IMG/VR virus record: IMGVR_UViG_3300043395_003072
Location: 1 to 64,000 of that record
Reading direction: 5' to 3' (one strand)
Source of the DNA: a virus
DNA: 64,000 nucleotides
In this document: positions 26,171-35,763 of the stretch, in pieces
How positions within the stretch are numbered: position 1 is the stretch's first letter
Layout of the letters: every line of letters begins with the position of its first letter
Translations under genes and position numbers: made by a program
Notes under the pieces: generated by a model
What the model was told of the DNA's origin: nothing
The model's input: the letters and a program-made list of their open reading frames with translations, nothing else
Databases searched by the model: none

Positions 26171-26587
26171 ATGTCTGACAAGATTACTGTTTTTGTTATT
26201 ACTGGTGATTCTAAAACTGTACTGAATTCTGTTAAAGAGATGGTAGCTTCTGGTGCAGTTGCTATCAAAGCCTCTACAGAGACAAAAGCTATTGCAGCTC
26301 CTGCAGTGCTTTCCTTGCACAAAACCAAGTGCACTGATGTTCCATTCTCAAAGCTTTATATCAAGCCAGCTGCAGAGTTCTTAACTGGAGTTGGCAATGG
26401 TATTGTCCGATTTTCGGAGATGCTAAAATTTATCAATAAGAAAGTTGGCTCTATGCCTTCAAACAGAGAGCTTTCTTCTTTCTTGCGCAATAACAATTAC
26501 ATTCGTCTTCGTCAAACTATTGATAGTAAATCAACCTTCTTCTGGGTAAAGAAAGGATCTGTTTATGCTCTCGGAATCTCTAAGTAA
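26171..26587 (+). CDS. basic hypothetical protein, possible winged-helix C-terminus
   Basis: SNRELSSFLRNNNY.R. Confidence 0.5.
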   Translation: MSDKITVFVITGDSKTVLNSVKEMVASGAVAIKASTETKAIAAPAVLSLHKTKCTDVPFSKLYIKPAAEFLTGVGNGIVRFSEMLKFINKKVGSMPSNRELSSFLRNNNYIRLRQTIDSKSTFFWVKKGSVYALGISK

Positions 26588-26801
26588 TGCTTTTCAACGC
26601 ACTGACCTTGAGAACAACGGTATCATCTATCGTTGGAATCTAAATAACGTTCCAGATGCAGTAACTCAAATCTTATTTCTAAATGATTTGATTCTTCACG
26701 AAATGTCCTCTGGACGTGTTTGCAAAGTAAGACCTGACAAGCGTAAGCGAGCTCAAGGTCTTGTTGTTGTATTTTCTAATCCTTTGGAGGGTTCAAAATA
26801 A
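26565..26801 (+). CDS. hypothetical protein
   Basis: AAGGA RBS. Confidence 0.5.
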   Translation: MLSESLSNAFQRTDLENNGIIYRWNLNNVPDAVTQILFLNDLILHEMSSGRVCKVRPDKRKRAQGLVVVFSNPLEGSK

Positions 26802-27109
26802 TGGGTGCTCAAACATTTTATGATGAAGGCTCAGGCACTGATCCAAAGCAAGTCTTTAAAGATTTAGTTCAAGACGCTTTGCATTGGCATGGACACTCTC
26901 CTTATTCTGGTACCATCAAGGAAAAGCATAACTTTATTATGGCTACTAAGGATATTTTATCTGTAGAAGATGCTTATTCTTTAGCTGATAAACTAATTAG
27001 TACGCCTAACTATTCCGATAAATGGGGCCCAGCTGGTTGTATCCAGATGCTTCCTTCAGCAGGCAATACTACCCCAAGATATCTATTCTTTGGTTGGGCT
27101 TCGTCTTGA
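26801..27109 (+). CDS. conserved phage hypothetical protein
   Basis: GH..YSGTI.EK, DKWGPAGCI, YLFFGWASS. Confidence 0.7.
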   Translation: MGAQTFYDEGSGTDPKQVFKDLVQDALHWHGHSPYSGTIKEKHNFIMATKDILSVEDAYSLADKLISTPNYSDKWGPAGCIQMLPSAGNTTPRYLFFGWASS

Positions 27110-27537
27110 TCATTCAAGTTGTCGGCTTACCTTGCTCCGGAAAGTCTTATTACATAAATAACTTTATAGAAAAATATCCTCAATATAATTTTCTTAAGAA
27201 AGATATTTTAGATTTTTCTGGAACTACGCGAGAAAGAGACTTCTTGTTTGATATCATAGATAATAAAGACAAGAACTTATTTGTCGAGTCGGCTTGCGGT
27301 ATATCACCCCTGAAGAGTACAGTCATATTAGTCAGAGCTTCAAAAGAAGAACACTTGATTAATATGCAAAAAAGGCAAGAAAAGTACTCAAAAAATCTAC
27401 TAGAACAAATAAATAGCCAGATTATTCCTGCTAATTACACAGTTTATAATCAAGAATCTTTTGAAGCTTTAATACTATCTCTAATAGGAGCAAAGCATCA
27501 TGAGAGAGTTGATAATAAGCCAAGAAGAAATCGATGA
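27106..27537 (+). CDS. P-loop kinase-like protein
   Basis: IIQVVGLPCSGKS Walker A at N-terminus; likely TTG 27106. Confidence 0.65.
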   Translation: MIIQVVGLPCSGKSYYINNFIEKYPQYNFLKKDILDFSGTTRERDFLFDIIDNKDKNLFVESACGISPLKSTVILVRASKEEHLINMQKRQEKYSKNLLEQINSQIIPANYTVYNQESFEALILSLIGAKHHERVDNKPRRNR

Positions 27538-28336
27538 GCTATTTAAAGAAAATAAACTCTTAGTTGATATTGAGGCTGCTCAGAATGAATACCTTATTCT
27601 AAAAGCTTCAAGCTCTGCTCTTGTTAAATACAAAAGACCACACTTTACACCATTAAGAGATTTTAAAACTTATCAAGGTATAAAGCCTAAAGATGCACAT
27701 CAGAAATGTTTCTTTGATTCAGTGGCAGATGATCAGATACTAATGACTGTTGTGCTTGGTAAGGCTGGTACTGGTAAAACATTACTGGCTATGGCTTATG
27801 CTGTTGATCAGTATTTCAAATCAAACAAAACAATAGTATTAATAAAGCCTACTATTTTTGTAGGTGGCAAATCTTCAGTTATGGGTCCTGTGCCTGGCGA
27901 TGTTAATGATAAACTCGCAGGTACAATGTCTTCATTTATAGTGCATATGAACGCTTTGCTTGGCCACAAGGCTTCTTTCATACTCGAAGATATGCTTGAT
28001 AAAGGTAATCTTAAGCTCTTACCTATCGAGCAAGCTAGAGGAATGAACTTAGAAAATTGCACTGTAATATTAGACGAAGCTCAAAACTGTGATATTCATG
28101 CTATGAAAACAATTGTTTCTAGAGTCGCCTCAAATAGTAAGCTTATTGTACTTGGAGATCTCTCTCAAATAGATGCTCCATTTAGAAGAACCGACTCTGG
28201 TCTTCATATCTTCATAGAGTCTAAAGCTTTTAAAGACTCTATTGTTACTTCACAAATCACTTTAACTACACAATACAGATCAGCCTTAGCTGATTTATGC
28301 GAAGCTGTATCTGAGGAATACTATAAGGATAAATAA
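27500..28336 (+). CDS. phoH: PhoH-family ATPase
   Basis: GKAGTGKTLLA, PGDVNDK, RG, ILDEAQN, LGDLSQID, RS.LA. Confidence 0.93.
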   Translation: MRELIISQEEIDELFKENKLLVDIEAAQNEYLILKASSSALVKYKRPHFTPLRDFKTYQGIKPKDAHQKCFFDSVADDQILMTVVLGKAGTGKTLLAMAYAVDQYFKSNKTIVLIKPTIFVGGKSSVMGPVPGDVNDKLAGTMSSFIVHMNALLGHKASFILEDMLDKGNLKLLPIEQARGMNLENCTVILDEAQNCDIHAMKTIVSRVASNSKLIVLGDLSQIDAPFRRTDSGLHIFIESKAFKDSIVTSQITLTTQYRSALADLCEAVSEEYYKDK

Positions 28337-28339
28337 TTA

Positions 28340-28774
28340 ATGTACGCTGCTTCATTTAATATCTACAAGAAATCTGCTGCTGCTCAATTCTCACTGCTAC
28401 CTCCTCGTCGTGATGAGAATGGTCGTGTATCTAAGAATGGAGCTATTCTTGTAGAGATGGCACCTAGTATTGGCGAGAAAGCTTATGACTGGAAGGGCAA
28501 GAAGCTTACCTTTGCTTTTGGAATCAATGATCTAGTTCAGTTCTTTGACGATCAAACCAATCCAAAGTGGGGTCAGTTCCTTCATGATAATGAGGGTCAA
28601 ATCAAAAAGCTTTCTATTACTCATGGAGAAGGTAAGTATGAGGGTACTTATATGATGGGTATCTCTTCTGGAGATAACCGAGTATCTGTCTCTCTTTCAG
28701 GAGGCGAGTTCGCTACATTGCATCGCCTATTTACTGCTGCACTCCCTAAGATTCTTGGATGGGACAGTGTCTGA
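28340..28774 (+). CDS. Whirly-like ssDNA-binding protein
   Basis: IYKKSAA, G.ILVEMAP..G...YDW, FLHD, EFATL...LPKILGW follow the plant Whirly consensus in order. Confidence 0.75.
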   Translation: MYAASFNIYKKSAAAQFSLLPPRRDENGRVSKNGAILVEMAPSIGEKAYDWKGKKLTFAFGINDLVQFFDDQTNPKWGQFLHDNEGQIKKLSITHGEGKYEGTYMMGISSGDNRVSVSLSGGEFATLHRLFTAALPKILGWDSV

Positions 28775-29066
28775 TTTTAAAATAGTAACTAAAGATTCTT
28801 CTATTAACTTAACAAAAGAAGAGCTCTTTAAAACTATATTAAAGACTGTTTTTGAAGATAAAGATAATCAGAGTTTAAGATTTTCTGACGAATACGCCGA
28901 GGCAATACTTGCTATCCTTGGTGCAGATTCTAATAAAGAATTTTATAATATATCTTTAAAACAGTTAACTGCTATTGCTTTCATGGCTGGTTACTACTAC
29001 AAGCTGTTTTTGAGTAAAAATAATGTCACAATCATCGACAGAGATTCAAAAGAAGGAAGCTCTTAA
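28755..29066 (+). CDS. hypothetical protein
   Basis: ORF track. Confidence 0.5.
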   Translation: MDGTVSDFKIVTKDSSINLTKEELFKTILKTVFEDKDNQSLRFSDEYAEAILAILGADSNKEFYNISLKQLTAIAFMAGYYYKLFLSKNNVTIIDRDSKEGSS

Positions 29067-29147
29067 CTTTTTAGTTGACTTCCTATCTGATTTAATTGTA
29101 ACCGTGATTCTCAAATATAAGAATCACACAACTAACAAGGACAAATA

Positions 29148-29615
29148 ATGTTTTCTTATACTGTTAAAATTCGACGTATCAACTCTGCTAGCAGCTTTAA
29201 GGCTATTGCTTCAGTTCTCATTGATAACATGATTGAGATTGATGGCTTTAAAGTAATCAATGGTCGTAATGGATTATTCGTAAGTGTACCTAGCCACAAA
29301 GGCGAAGTAGTCGAAGATGGAGTCAAGGTAGAGAAATACTTTGACGATGTAAAATTCCCTGGAGAAGAAGCACTTGAGTTCTCTAAGGAGCTCAAAGAGG
29401 CTATCTTGTCTGCATACAATAACACTTCCACTAGTACTGGTTCTCCTTCTGAAGTTTTAGCTACAAAGCCTACTCCTAAAAGGCAAGTAGTTGATCAAGA
29501 AGAAACTGCTACTCGTAAATCAGTTGCGGCTACAGCTAAAGCTTCTGCAGCAACTACAGAGTCAGCTAAACCTGCTACAGCAACACGTGAGCGCAAACCT
29601 CTCTGGGGTTATTAA
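29148..29615 (+). CDS. spoVG: SpoVG-family nucleic-acid-binding protein with low-complexity tail
   Basis: KAIASVLID...I.GFKVINGRNGLFVSVPS...D...P...ELKEAILSAY. Confidence 0.85.
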   Translation: MFSYTVKIRRINSASSFKAIASVLIDNMIEIDGFKVINGRNGLFVSVPSHKGEVVEDGVKVEKYFDDVKFPGEEALEFSKELKEAILSAYNNTSTSTGSPSEVLATKPTPKRQVVDQEETATRKSVAATAKASAATTESAKPATATRERKPLWGY

Positions 29616-29617
29616 TA

Positions 29618-30172
29618 ATGACTGACGACTACGAGCCCGTAGAAGTAGTCGGAATTGAAGCTGAAGATCTTGTTGATGAATTAAAGCTAGGTGCAGAAAC
29701 ATATTCACAAATCACAGAAGCTTTTATTAAAGAATTTGTTTTTTATGACAAAACTTTATATCAATGGGCTAACGATTTGATGATAGATGTTCCGTCAGCT
29801 AAAAGTCTCGATATACAAAACTTCAGAGAACTTCTGACTCAACTTGCAACAAATATTCAAATATCATCTAACTATTACTCTCTTGCAGCATCTATGGTTG
29901 ATGCGATTGGTGGAGGTAATAGTATGAAAAAATCTGACCTAGTTAACATTATAGTAGGAAATTATGCTGCTAAAGGAGCTAAAAGACCTGCTGCTTCTGT
30001 CATTGAGCGCATGGCTGACTCTTATCTCTCTAATACTGTCTCTGCTGAGAAAGCTGCAAAGATCGTAAAGAATTTTTGGAAACAAAGATTTGATACTCTT
30101 CTAGAGCTTAGAAAAGTGTTTGAACAAATAGGTCTATCACTCTCTGTAGAGATGAAGTTTACATCGAATTGA
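29618..30172 (+). CDS. helical hypothetical protein
   Basis: ORF track; coiled-coil character. Confidence 0.55.
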   Translation: MTDDYEPVEVVGIEAEDLVDELKLGAETYSQITEAFIKEFVFYDKTLYQWANDLMIDVPSAKSLDIQNFRELLTQLATNIQISSNYYSLAASMVDAIGGGNSMKKSDLVNIIVGNYAAKGAKRPAASVIERMADSYLSNTVSAEKAAKIVKNFWKQRFDTLLELRKVFEQIGLSLSVEMKFTSN

Positions 30173-30178
30173 GGTTTT

Positions 30179-30421
30179 ATGATAGACGGATTAATACTAG
30201 GAATTATTACCTGGTTTAGCTTTTGCTTAACATTTGTTCATTTGCCTATTCAGGCTAGAAACTTTATGCTTAAATACCCAATGGCTACTGATGCTACAGC
30301 TGCTGTTGCTTCTTTTTTCTTACTCACAGAAGTAAGTAAGTCAATTGTAGCTGCTGTAGCTTCTATGATATGTGGTGTGCTTGTAAGTTTAAGCTTGATC
30401 ATTTACGAACATATCCGCTAA
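30179..30421 (+). CDS. small membrane protein
   Basis: Three hydrophobic segments. Confidence 0.55.
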   Translation: MIDGLILGIITWFSFCLTFVHLPIQARNFMLKYPMATDATAAVASFFLLTEVSKSIVAAVASMICGVLVSLSLIIYEHIR

Positions 30422-30447
30422 TATCAAAAACTCACCTCAATTATCAT

Positions 30448-30473
30448 AAGACCGTTTAGGTCTTTTTGTTTTT
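30448..30473 (+). terminator. terminator-like hairpin
   Basis: aagacc-gttta-ggtctt-tttgttttt. Confidence 0.5.
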
Positions 30474-30486
30474 GGAGCAAAATAAT

Positions 30487-32184
30487 ATGAATTATCAATT
30501 TTCAGAACATGCATTATCTCTACTAAATAATTATTATATGAAAGATGGAGAGGCTCCGACTGAAGCGTTCAGGAGAGCTGCTTACGCTTATACTCCCAAT
30601 AAAGAGCTAGCTGAAAGAATTACTAAGTATGCTAACGATGGTTGGTTCATGTTTAGTAGTCCTATTCTCTCCAATGCAGGTCGCTCAGGCCTACCTATTA
30701 GTTGCTTCTTAACTTACGTAGAAGATACTGTAGAATCGCTAATAGAGCATACTAACGAGCTCAGGTGGATGAGTGTTATGGGTGGTGGCGTTGGTGGACA
30801 CTGGTCTCATGTAAGATCAGTGTCTAAGAAAGCTCCCGGCCCTATTCCATTCTTGAAAACCGTAGACTCAGACATGCTAGCATACTCTCAAGGTTCAACC
30901 AGGAGAGGAAGCTATGCCGCATATATGGACATTTCTCATCCTGATATCATTGAGTTTCTTAATATACGAATGCCTACAGGCGGAGACTCTAATAGAAAGT
31001 GTCTTAACATTCATAATGCTATTAATATTACTGATGCATTTATGAATGCTGTCTATAGAGATAAAGAATGGCAACTCATCGACCCTCATAGTAAAGAAGT
31101 AAAAGATACAGTAAACGCTAGAGACCTCTGGCATCGTATCTTGGAAGTAAGGTTTAGAACTGGCGAACCTTATATTCATTTCATTGACACTTCTAACAAA
31201 GCTTTGCCTGAATCTCTAAAAGATCAAGGATTACAAGTACTTGGCTCAAATCTTTGCTCAGAAATAACCCTTCCGACAAACTTTGAACGCTCTGCTGTAT
31301 GTTGTTTATCTAGTTTGAATTTAGAGTATTTTGACGAATGGAAAGATACTTCTATTGTTCAAGACTTAGTTGAGTTCTTAGATGACGTACTTCAATATTT
31401 TATTGATAAAGCTCCAGAACATTTAAGTAAGGCTATCTACTCTGCAAAGCGTGAGCGCTCATTAGGCTTAGGAGCTATGGGGTTTCACTCTTATCTCCAG
31501 AAGCATAATGTTGCTTTTGAATCTATGTGGGCTACTGTTAAGAATCGCCAAATCTTTGAGCATATAAAGTCAGAAGCTTTAATTGCTACAAAGAGACTTG
31601 GTGAATTAAAAGGTGCTTACTTAGACGATACTCATACAGGACATAGAAACTCTCACTTACTTGCGATTGCTCCCAATGCAAACTCAAGCATTATCTTAGA
31701 GACTTCTCCCAGTATAGAGCCTTGGAAATCTAATGCTTTTACTTATAGAACTAGAGCTGGCTCATTTCTTCAGTTTAATAAATATCTTCTAGAGATACTA
31801 AAGACCAAAGGTGATGAAGCTTGGCTCCAAGATACAATCCAATCTGTTATCTTGAATCAAGGTTCGGTTCAGCATTTAGATTGCTTAGATGAACATCAGA
31901 AAAATGTTTTTAAGACCGCCTTTGAGCTTGATCAAATGTGGATTATTGAGCATGCAGGTGTACGCCAGGAATGGATATGCCAAGCTCAATCCGTAAATCT
32001 ATTCTTCCCAGCCAATACTGATGTTAACTATGTTAACTTAGTGCACCTTGCTGCTCATAAGAAAGGGCTCAAGTCTCTTTACTATCTAAGGACTACAGCT
32101 GGTGTTATTGCAGAGAAAGTTTCTACTCAAGTCGAAAGACGTAAACTTAAAGATGTAGAGGAGTGTCTATCATGTCAGGGTTAA
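30487..32184 (+). CDS. nrdA: class I ribonucleotide reductase alpha subunit
   Basis: SSPILSN, PISCF, SNLCSEI, LAIAPNANSS, LKSLYY, C-terminal CLSCQG. Confidence 0.95.
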   Translation: MNYQFSEHALSLLNNYYMKDGEAPTEAFRRAAYAYTPNKELAERITKYANDGWFMFSSPILSNAGRSGLPISCFLTYVEDTVESLIEHTNELRWMSVMGGGVGGHWSHVRSVSKKAPGPIPFLKTVDSDMLAYSQGSTRRGSYAAYMDISHPDIIEFLNIRMPTGGDSNRKCLNIHNAINITDAFMNAVYRDKEWQLIDPHSKEVKDTVNARDLWHRILEVRFRTGEPYIHFIDTSNKALPESLKDQGLQVLGSNLCSEITLPTNFERSAVCCLSSLNLEYFDEWKDTSIVQDLVEFLDDVLQYFIDKAPEHLSKAIYSAKRERSLGLGAMGFHSYLQKHNVAFESMWATVKNRQIFEHIKSEALIATKRLGELKGAYLDDTHTGHRNSHLLAIAPNANSSIILETSPSIEPWKSNAFTYRTRAGSFLQFNKYLLEILKTKGDEAWLQDTIQSVILNQGSVQHLDCLDEHQKNVFKTAFELDQMWIIEHAGVRQEWICQAQSVNLFFPANTDVNYVNLVHLAAHKKGLKSLYYLRTTAGVIAEKVSTQVERRKLKDVEECLSCQG

Positions 32185-33164
32185 CAGAGTTTTCTAAAGT
32201 CTATAAGCCTTTTCAATACCCTTGGGCTATGGAGTATGCAGAGCAACATGAAAAGATTCATTGGGGCTCGTGGGAAGCTAAGCTACAAGAAGATGTAGCT
32301 CAGTGGAAGAACAAGGTTATTACAGATAAAGAGCGCGCCCACATTACACAGATACTTCGTATCTTCACTCAAAGCGATGTAGCTGTTGGTGGTAACTATT
32401 GCGATATCTTTATTCCCAAGTTTAAGAATAATGAGATTCGTAATATGTTACTTTCTTTTGCAAATAGAGAAGGTACTCATCAACGCTCATATGCTTTGTT
32501 AAACGATACTCTCGGCTTAGCTGAATCTGAATATTCTAGCTTTCTCAATATAAAGGAGATGGCTGATAAAATAGATTTCATGCTTGAGACCGATTACAAA
32601 CCAGAGAACGAAGCTCAAGAGTTAGCTTTTGATCTTGCTCGCTCAGTTTGTAATGAAGGTATGTGTCTCTTCTCAGCTTTTGTTATGTTACTAAACTTTC
32701 AAAGGTTTGGTAAAATGAAAGGTATGTGCGAGATAGTTGAATGGTCCATTCGTGACGAAACTTTACACGTAGAAGCCATGACTAAATTATTCCACACTTA
32801 CTGCGAAGAGAACCCAAAACTAGTTACAACACAGCTTAAAAAGTATATTTATACTAACTTTACTAGAGCAGTAGCTATGGAAGATGCTTTGATTGATTTG
32901 CTCTATACAGATTACGAAAGTGAATCTCTCTCTGCTGATCAAGTTAAAACTTATATTCGTTATTTAGCTGATAGGCGTTTAATCCAACTAGGTTTAAAGC
33001 CACAATTTAAACAAAAGAAGAATCCTCTTGAATGGCTTGACTGGGTTGTCTCTGGCGACTCATTCAAAAATTTCTTTGAGGGTACTGTTACTGACTACAA
33101 TGCTGCTGGCATGGTAGGTCAAATTGACTGGACTGTTTTAGGAGATTCTAATGAAAATCAATGA
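32172..33164 (+). CDS. nrdB: ribonucleotide reductase beta subunit
   Basis: YKPFQYPWA, FTQSD, EGTHQRSY, RDETLH, NFFE..VTDY. Confidence 0.95.
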   Translation: MSGLTEFSKVYKPFQYPWAMEYAEQHEKIHWGSWEAKLQEDVAQWKNKVITDKERAHITQILRIFTQSDVAVGGNYCDIFIPKFKNNEIRNMLLSFANREGTHQRSYALLNDTLGLAESEYSSFLNIKEMADKIDFMLETDYKPENEAQELAFDLARSVCNEGMCLFSAFVMLLNFQRFGKMKGMCEIVEWSIRDETLHVEAMTKLFHTYCEENPKLVTTQLKKYIYTNFTRAVAMEDALIDLLYTDYESESLSADQVKTYIRYLADRRLIQLGLKPQFKQKKNPLEWLDWVVSGDSFKNFFEGTVTDYNAAGMVGQIDWTVLGDSNENQ

Positions 33165-33483
33165 ATATGTAAAAGAAGCTTATAATAATGCCGCCGAGAA
33201 AGGTTGGCATGAAAAAGAGCGCTCTATAGGCGAACTAATTGCACTTATGCACTCTGAGCTATCTGAAGCCTTAGAGGAACATCGTAATGGTCATGCACCT
33301 AATGAGACTTATTATCCAGAAGGCTCTTTAAAGCCAGAAGGTATTCCTGTTGAGTTAGCTGATTGCGTTATTCGTATTTTTGACTTTTGTGGGAAATATG
33401 ATATTGATCTTGAAGATGCTATAAATACCAAGATGCAATATAACAAATCCCGGCCTCACAGGCACGGAGGCAAAAAGCTTTAG
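33151..33483 (+). CDS. MazG-like NTP pyrophosphohydrolase
   Basis: LMHSELSEALE, ELADCVIRIFD, KMQYN..R..RHG. Confidence 0.88.
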   Translation: MKINEYVKEAYNNAAEKGWHEKERSIGELIALMHSELSEALEEHRNGHAPNETYYPEGSLKPEGIPVELADCVIRIFDFCGKYDIDLEDAINTKMQYNKSRPHRHGGKKL

Positions 33484-33491
33484 GATGATAA

Positions 33492-34109
33492 ATGCTAAAA
33501 GATATGGACTTAGCAGACGATTATGAAAAATTACTTAAAGTAGTACTTGATGCTGCACTTGTTGATTTTATTAAACTTCAACACCCTAGAAATAGAACTA
33601 AAAAGTATTTAGAGGAAGCTTTAGATACTTCCGTTGAATTGTTTTTTGACCCTGATTTTCGCTTTGAATATTTTTTCAATCAAGATGATCCTAATGAAAA
33701 ATACTCTTTAAAAGAAGCCTTAATCAGATTATTAAAAACAAGGAATATTTCTATGACTAAAGTAAAAAATCATGTCGTCAATGAGTCTATATCTTATTGG
33801 TGGGAAAAGAATTTCCACGATATAAAAGTACCAACTAAAGTTAATTTAGCTGGTAAGGTTTTTTATATAGTAAATTCAAAACAAGAACGAATAGATTATG
33901 AAAATAATAAACTCTATTTTGCCTGCAAAAAAGAAGCAGCAGATAGAGTTTTTTTTAAACTATGTCTTAAAGTTCTTATAGAAGAATCTAATTTAGATTT
34001 TACAGATGAACAACTAGAGCTTTTTTATAAATACTTTTATCTTTTCTTAAAAATAAATGATGCATTTCCTACATTAAAATTGAAAGATAACCAAAATGAA
34101 TTGGATTGA
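33492..34109 (+). CDS. hypothetical protein
   Basis: AGGA RBS. Confidence 0.6.
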   Translation: MLKDMDLADDYEKLLKVVLDAALVDFIKLQHPRNRTKKYLEEALDTSVELFFDPDFRFEYFFNQDDPNEKYSLKEALIRLLKTRNISMTKVKNHVVNESISYWWEKNFHDIKVPTKVNLAGKVFYIVNSKQERIDYENNKLYFACKKEAADRVFFKLCLKVLIEESNLDFTDEQLELFYKYFYLFLKINDAFPTLKLKDNQNELD

Positions 34110-34794
34110 TATTATAACCGGTATACTGCTTTTAGGTTTAACATATGCTCTTTATAGGTCTACTCAAAAAGTAGAAATACTTAATGAGTGGATTAATATG
34201 GTTGCTTCTCAAAATGAATTTCTAAATAAAAAACATGATCAGCTATCTGAATATTATAGTACTGAAAACCATGCTTTAGAGGCAACAATCAAAGAGCTAA
34301 ACTCTCGTAATGCTCACTTGGTTGATGAATTAAATACATTCTACAAGGACAACTCTTCTTTAAAAGAACAGATTTATCATTTAAAAGATAAGCATCCTGA
34401 AGAACTTAAAAAAGCAAGAGAAGAAGCCTTAACTAAATCAAGATCAGTAATGCGCGGTCAAGCTACAGAGCATCTCGCTCCTTATATTATAAAAGATACA
34501 AATCCTAAAGATTATCGCTTTATGGGTAACCCTGTAGACTATGTAATATTCGAAGGTCTATCTGATGTACTTGACGGTCAAGCTGATACAATCAAATCAA
34601 TTACATTTCTAGATATTAAAACTGGTAAGTCTTCTTTAACTAAATCTCAAAGAAGAATTCGAGATGCAGTAAATTCTAGCTTTGTAACTTTTAAAGTATT
34701 AAATCTAGATGAGCTTGTTGAAAAACAAGCAGAAGGAACTGTTCAAGATGAACATAGCGTTCAAGACGAAAACGGGTCAAATCCGCCAGATTGA
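34096..34794 (+). CDS. TM + coiled coil + Holliday-junction-resolvase-like nuclease
   Basis: SRSVMRGQATEHLAP, RFMGNPVDYVIF, FLDIKTGKS.L...QRRIRDAV. Confidence 0.85.
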   Translation: MNWIDIITGILLLGLTYALYRSTQKVEILNEWINMVASQNEFLNKKHDQLSEYYSTENHALEATIKELNSRNAHLVDELNTFYKDNSSLKEQIYHLKDKHPEELKKAREEALTKSRSVMRGQATEHLAPYIIKDTNPKDYRFMGNPVDYVIFEGLSDVLDGQADTIKSITFLDIKTGKSSLTKSQRRIRDAVNSSFVTFKVLNLDELVEKQAEGTVQDEHSVQDENGSNPPD

Positions 34795-34972
34795 TATTGA
34801 TGAGTTGCTACCTATCATAGAAATCCCCGAGTATAACTTTACCACTCCTCAGAGTATAGATCTTTATGATAGCTCAATGCTTACTCTTAATGTTAAAACA
34901 TTAGTATTTAAAAAAGTAGAAATGAAACTTCCGCATTATAATATGTCTTGGATTGAATATCATGAGGTCTGA
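34748..34972 (+). CDS. hypothetical protein
   Basis: MNIAFKTK...; AAGGA upstream. Confidence 0.45.
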   Translation: MNIAFKTKTGQIRQIDIDELLPIIEIPEYNFTTPQSIDLYDSSMLTLNVKTLVFKKVEMKLPHYNMSWIEYHEV

Positions 34973-35387
34973 TTGGCATCAGTACTTTATGAATATAGCC
35001 TTTACTGTTTCTGCTAGAGCTACATGTCCAAGGCGTAGCGTTGGTTGCGTAATAGTAAGAGACAGATGCATTCTGGCTACTGGTTATAACGGTAGCTTAT
35101 CTGGAATGCGGCATTGCACTGATGGTGGTTGCATGATAATCGATGCGCATTGTATTCAAACTGTGCATGCAGAATTGAATGCAATTGCACAAGCAGCAAA
35201 GCAGGGGGTATCTCTCAAAGATTCAACTGCTTATGTTACTACTAGACCTTGCTTCAATTGCTTTAAAGGTTTAGTAGCTGCAGGTATTACTACTATCTAT
35301 TATCGAGAGACTTATGAATCTCACGCTAATCATTTCATTAATTATTATTTAGAGAAACATCCTGACTTTGTATTGGAGCAAATATGA
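34953..35387 (+). CDS. dCMP deaminase (ComEB-like)
   Basis: ATC.RRSVGC, TGYNG, HAELNAI, PCFNC. Confidence 0.93.
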   Translation: MNIMRSDWHQYFMNIAFTVSARATCPRRSVGCVIVRDRCILATGYNGSLSGMRHCTDGGCMIIDAHCIQTVHAELNAIAQAAKQGVSLKDSTAYVTTRPCFNCFKGLVAAGITTIYYRETYESHANHFINYYLEKHPDFVLEQI

Positions 35388-35605
35388 TTTTAACTAAACT
35401 ATGCCCAATTACACTTAAAGAAAATACATATCAGATCCCTATTACTGAAGAACAGTATTTTGCTTGGAGGAACGGAAATCAACTTATTCAAGCTGCTTTT
35501 CCTCATCTAAATGAATACGATAGAGAGTTTCTTATTTCTGGCATGTCATTCGAAGCTCAAGATGTTTTCTTTAAAGATCCTCTTGATTTAAATGAAAGAG
35601 ACTAA
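35384..35605 (+). CDS. conserved phage hypothetical protein
   Basis: LIQAAFPHL...DREFLISG. Confidence 0.65.
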   Translation: MILTKLCPITLKENTYQIPITEEQYFAWRNGNQLIQAAFPHLNEYDREFLISGMSFEAQDVFFKDPLDLNERD

Positions 35606-35760
35606 TGAAACACTTAATTAAAAAACTACCCCCCAAGTATCGCATGACAATACATAATATTGTGGGTCATCCTTTAATGGAGATACTTAACTTAGTTGGT
35701 CTCAAAACTATTGCCGATATAGTTCATGACTCAACTTTACCCTTAGACTCAGAGGAATAA
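35605..35760 (+). CDS. small hypothetical protein
   Basis: 51 aa; HNIVGHPLMEI...HDSTLP. Confidence 0.55.
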   Translation: MKHLIKKLPPKYRMTIHNIVGHPLMEILNLVGLKTIADIVHDSTLPLDSEE

Positions 35761-35763
35761 TTA

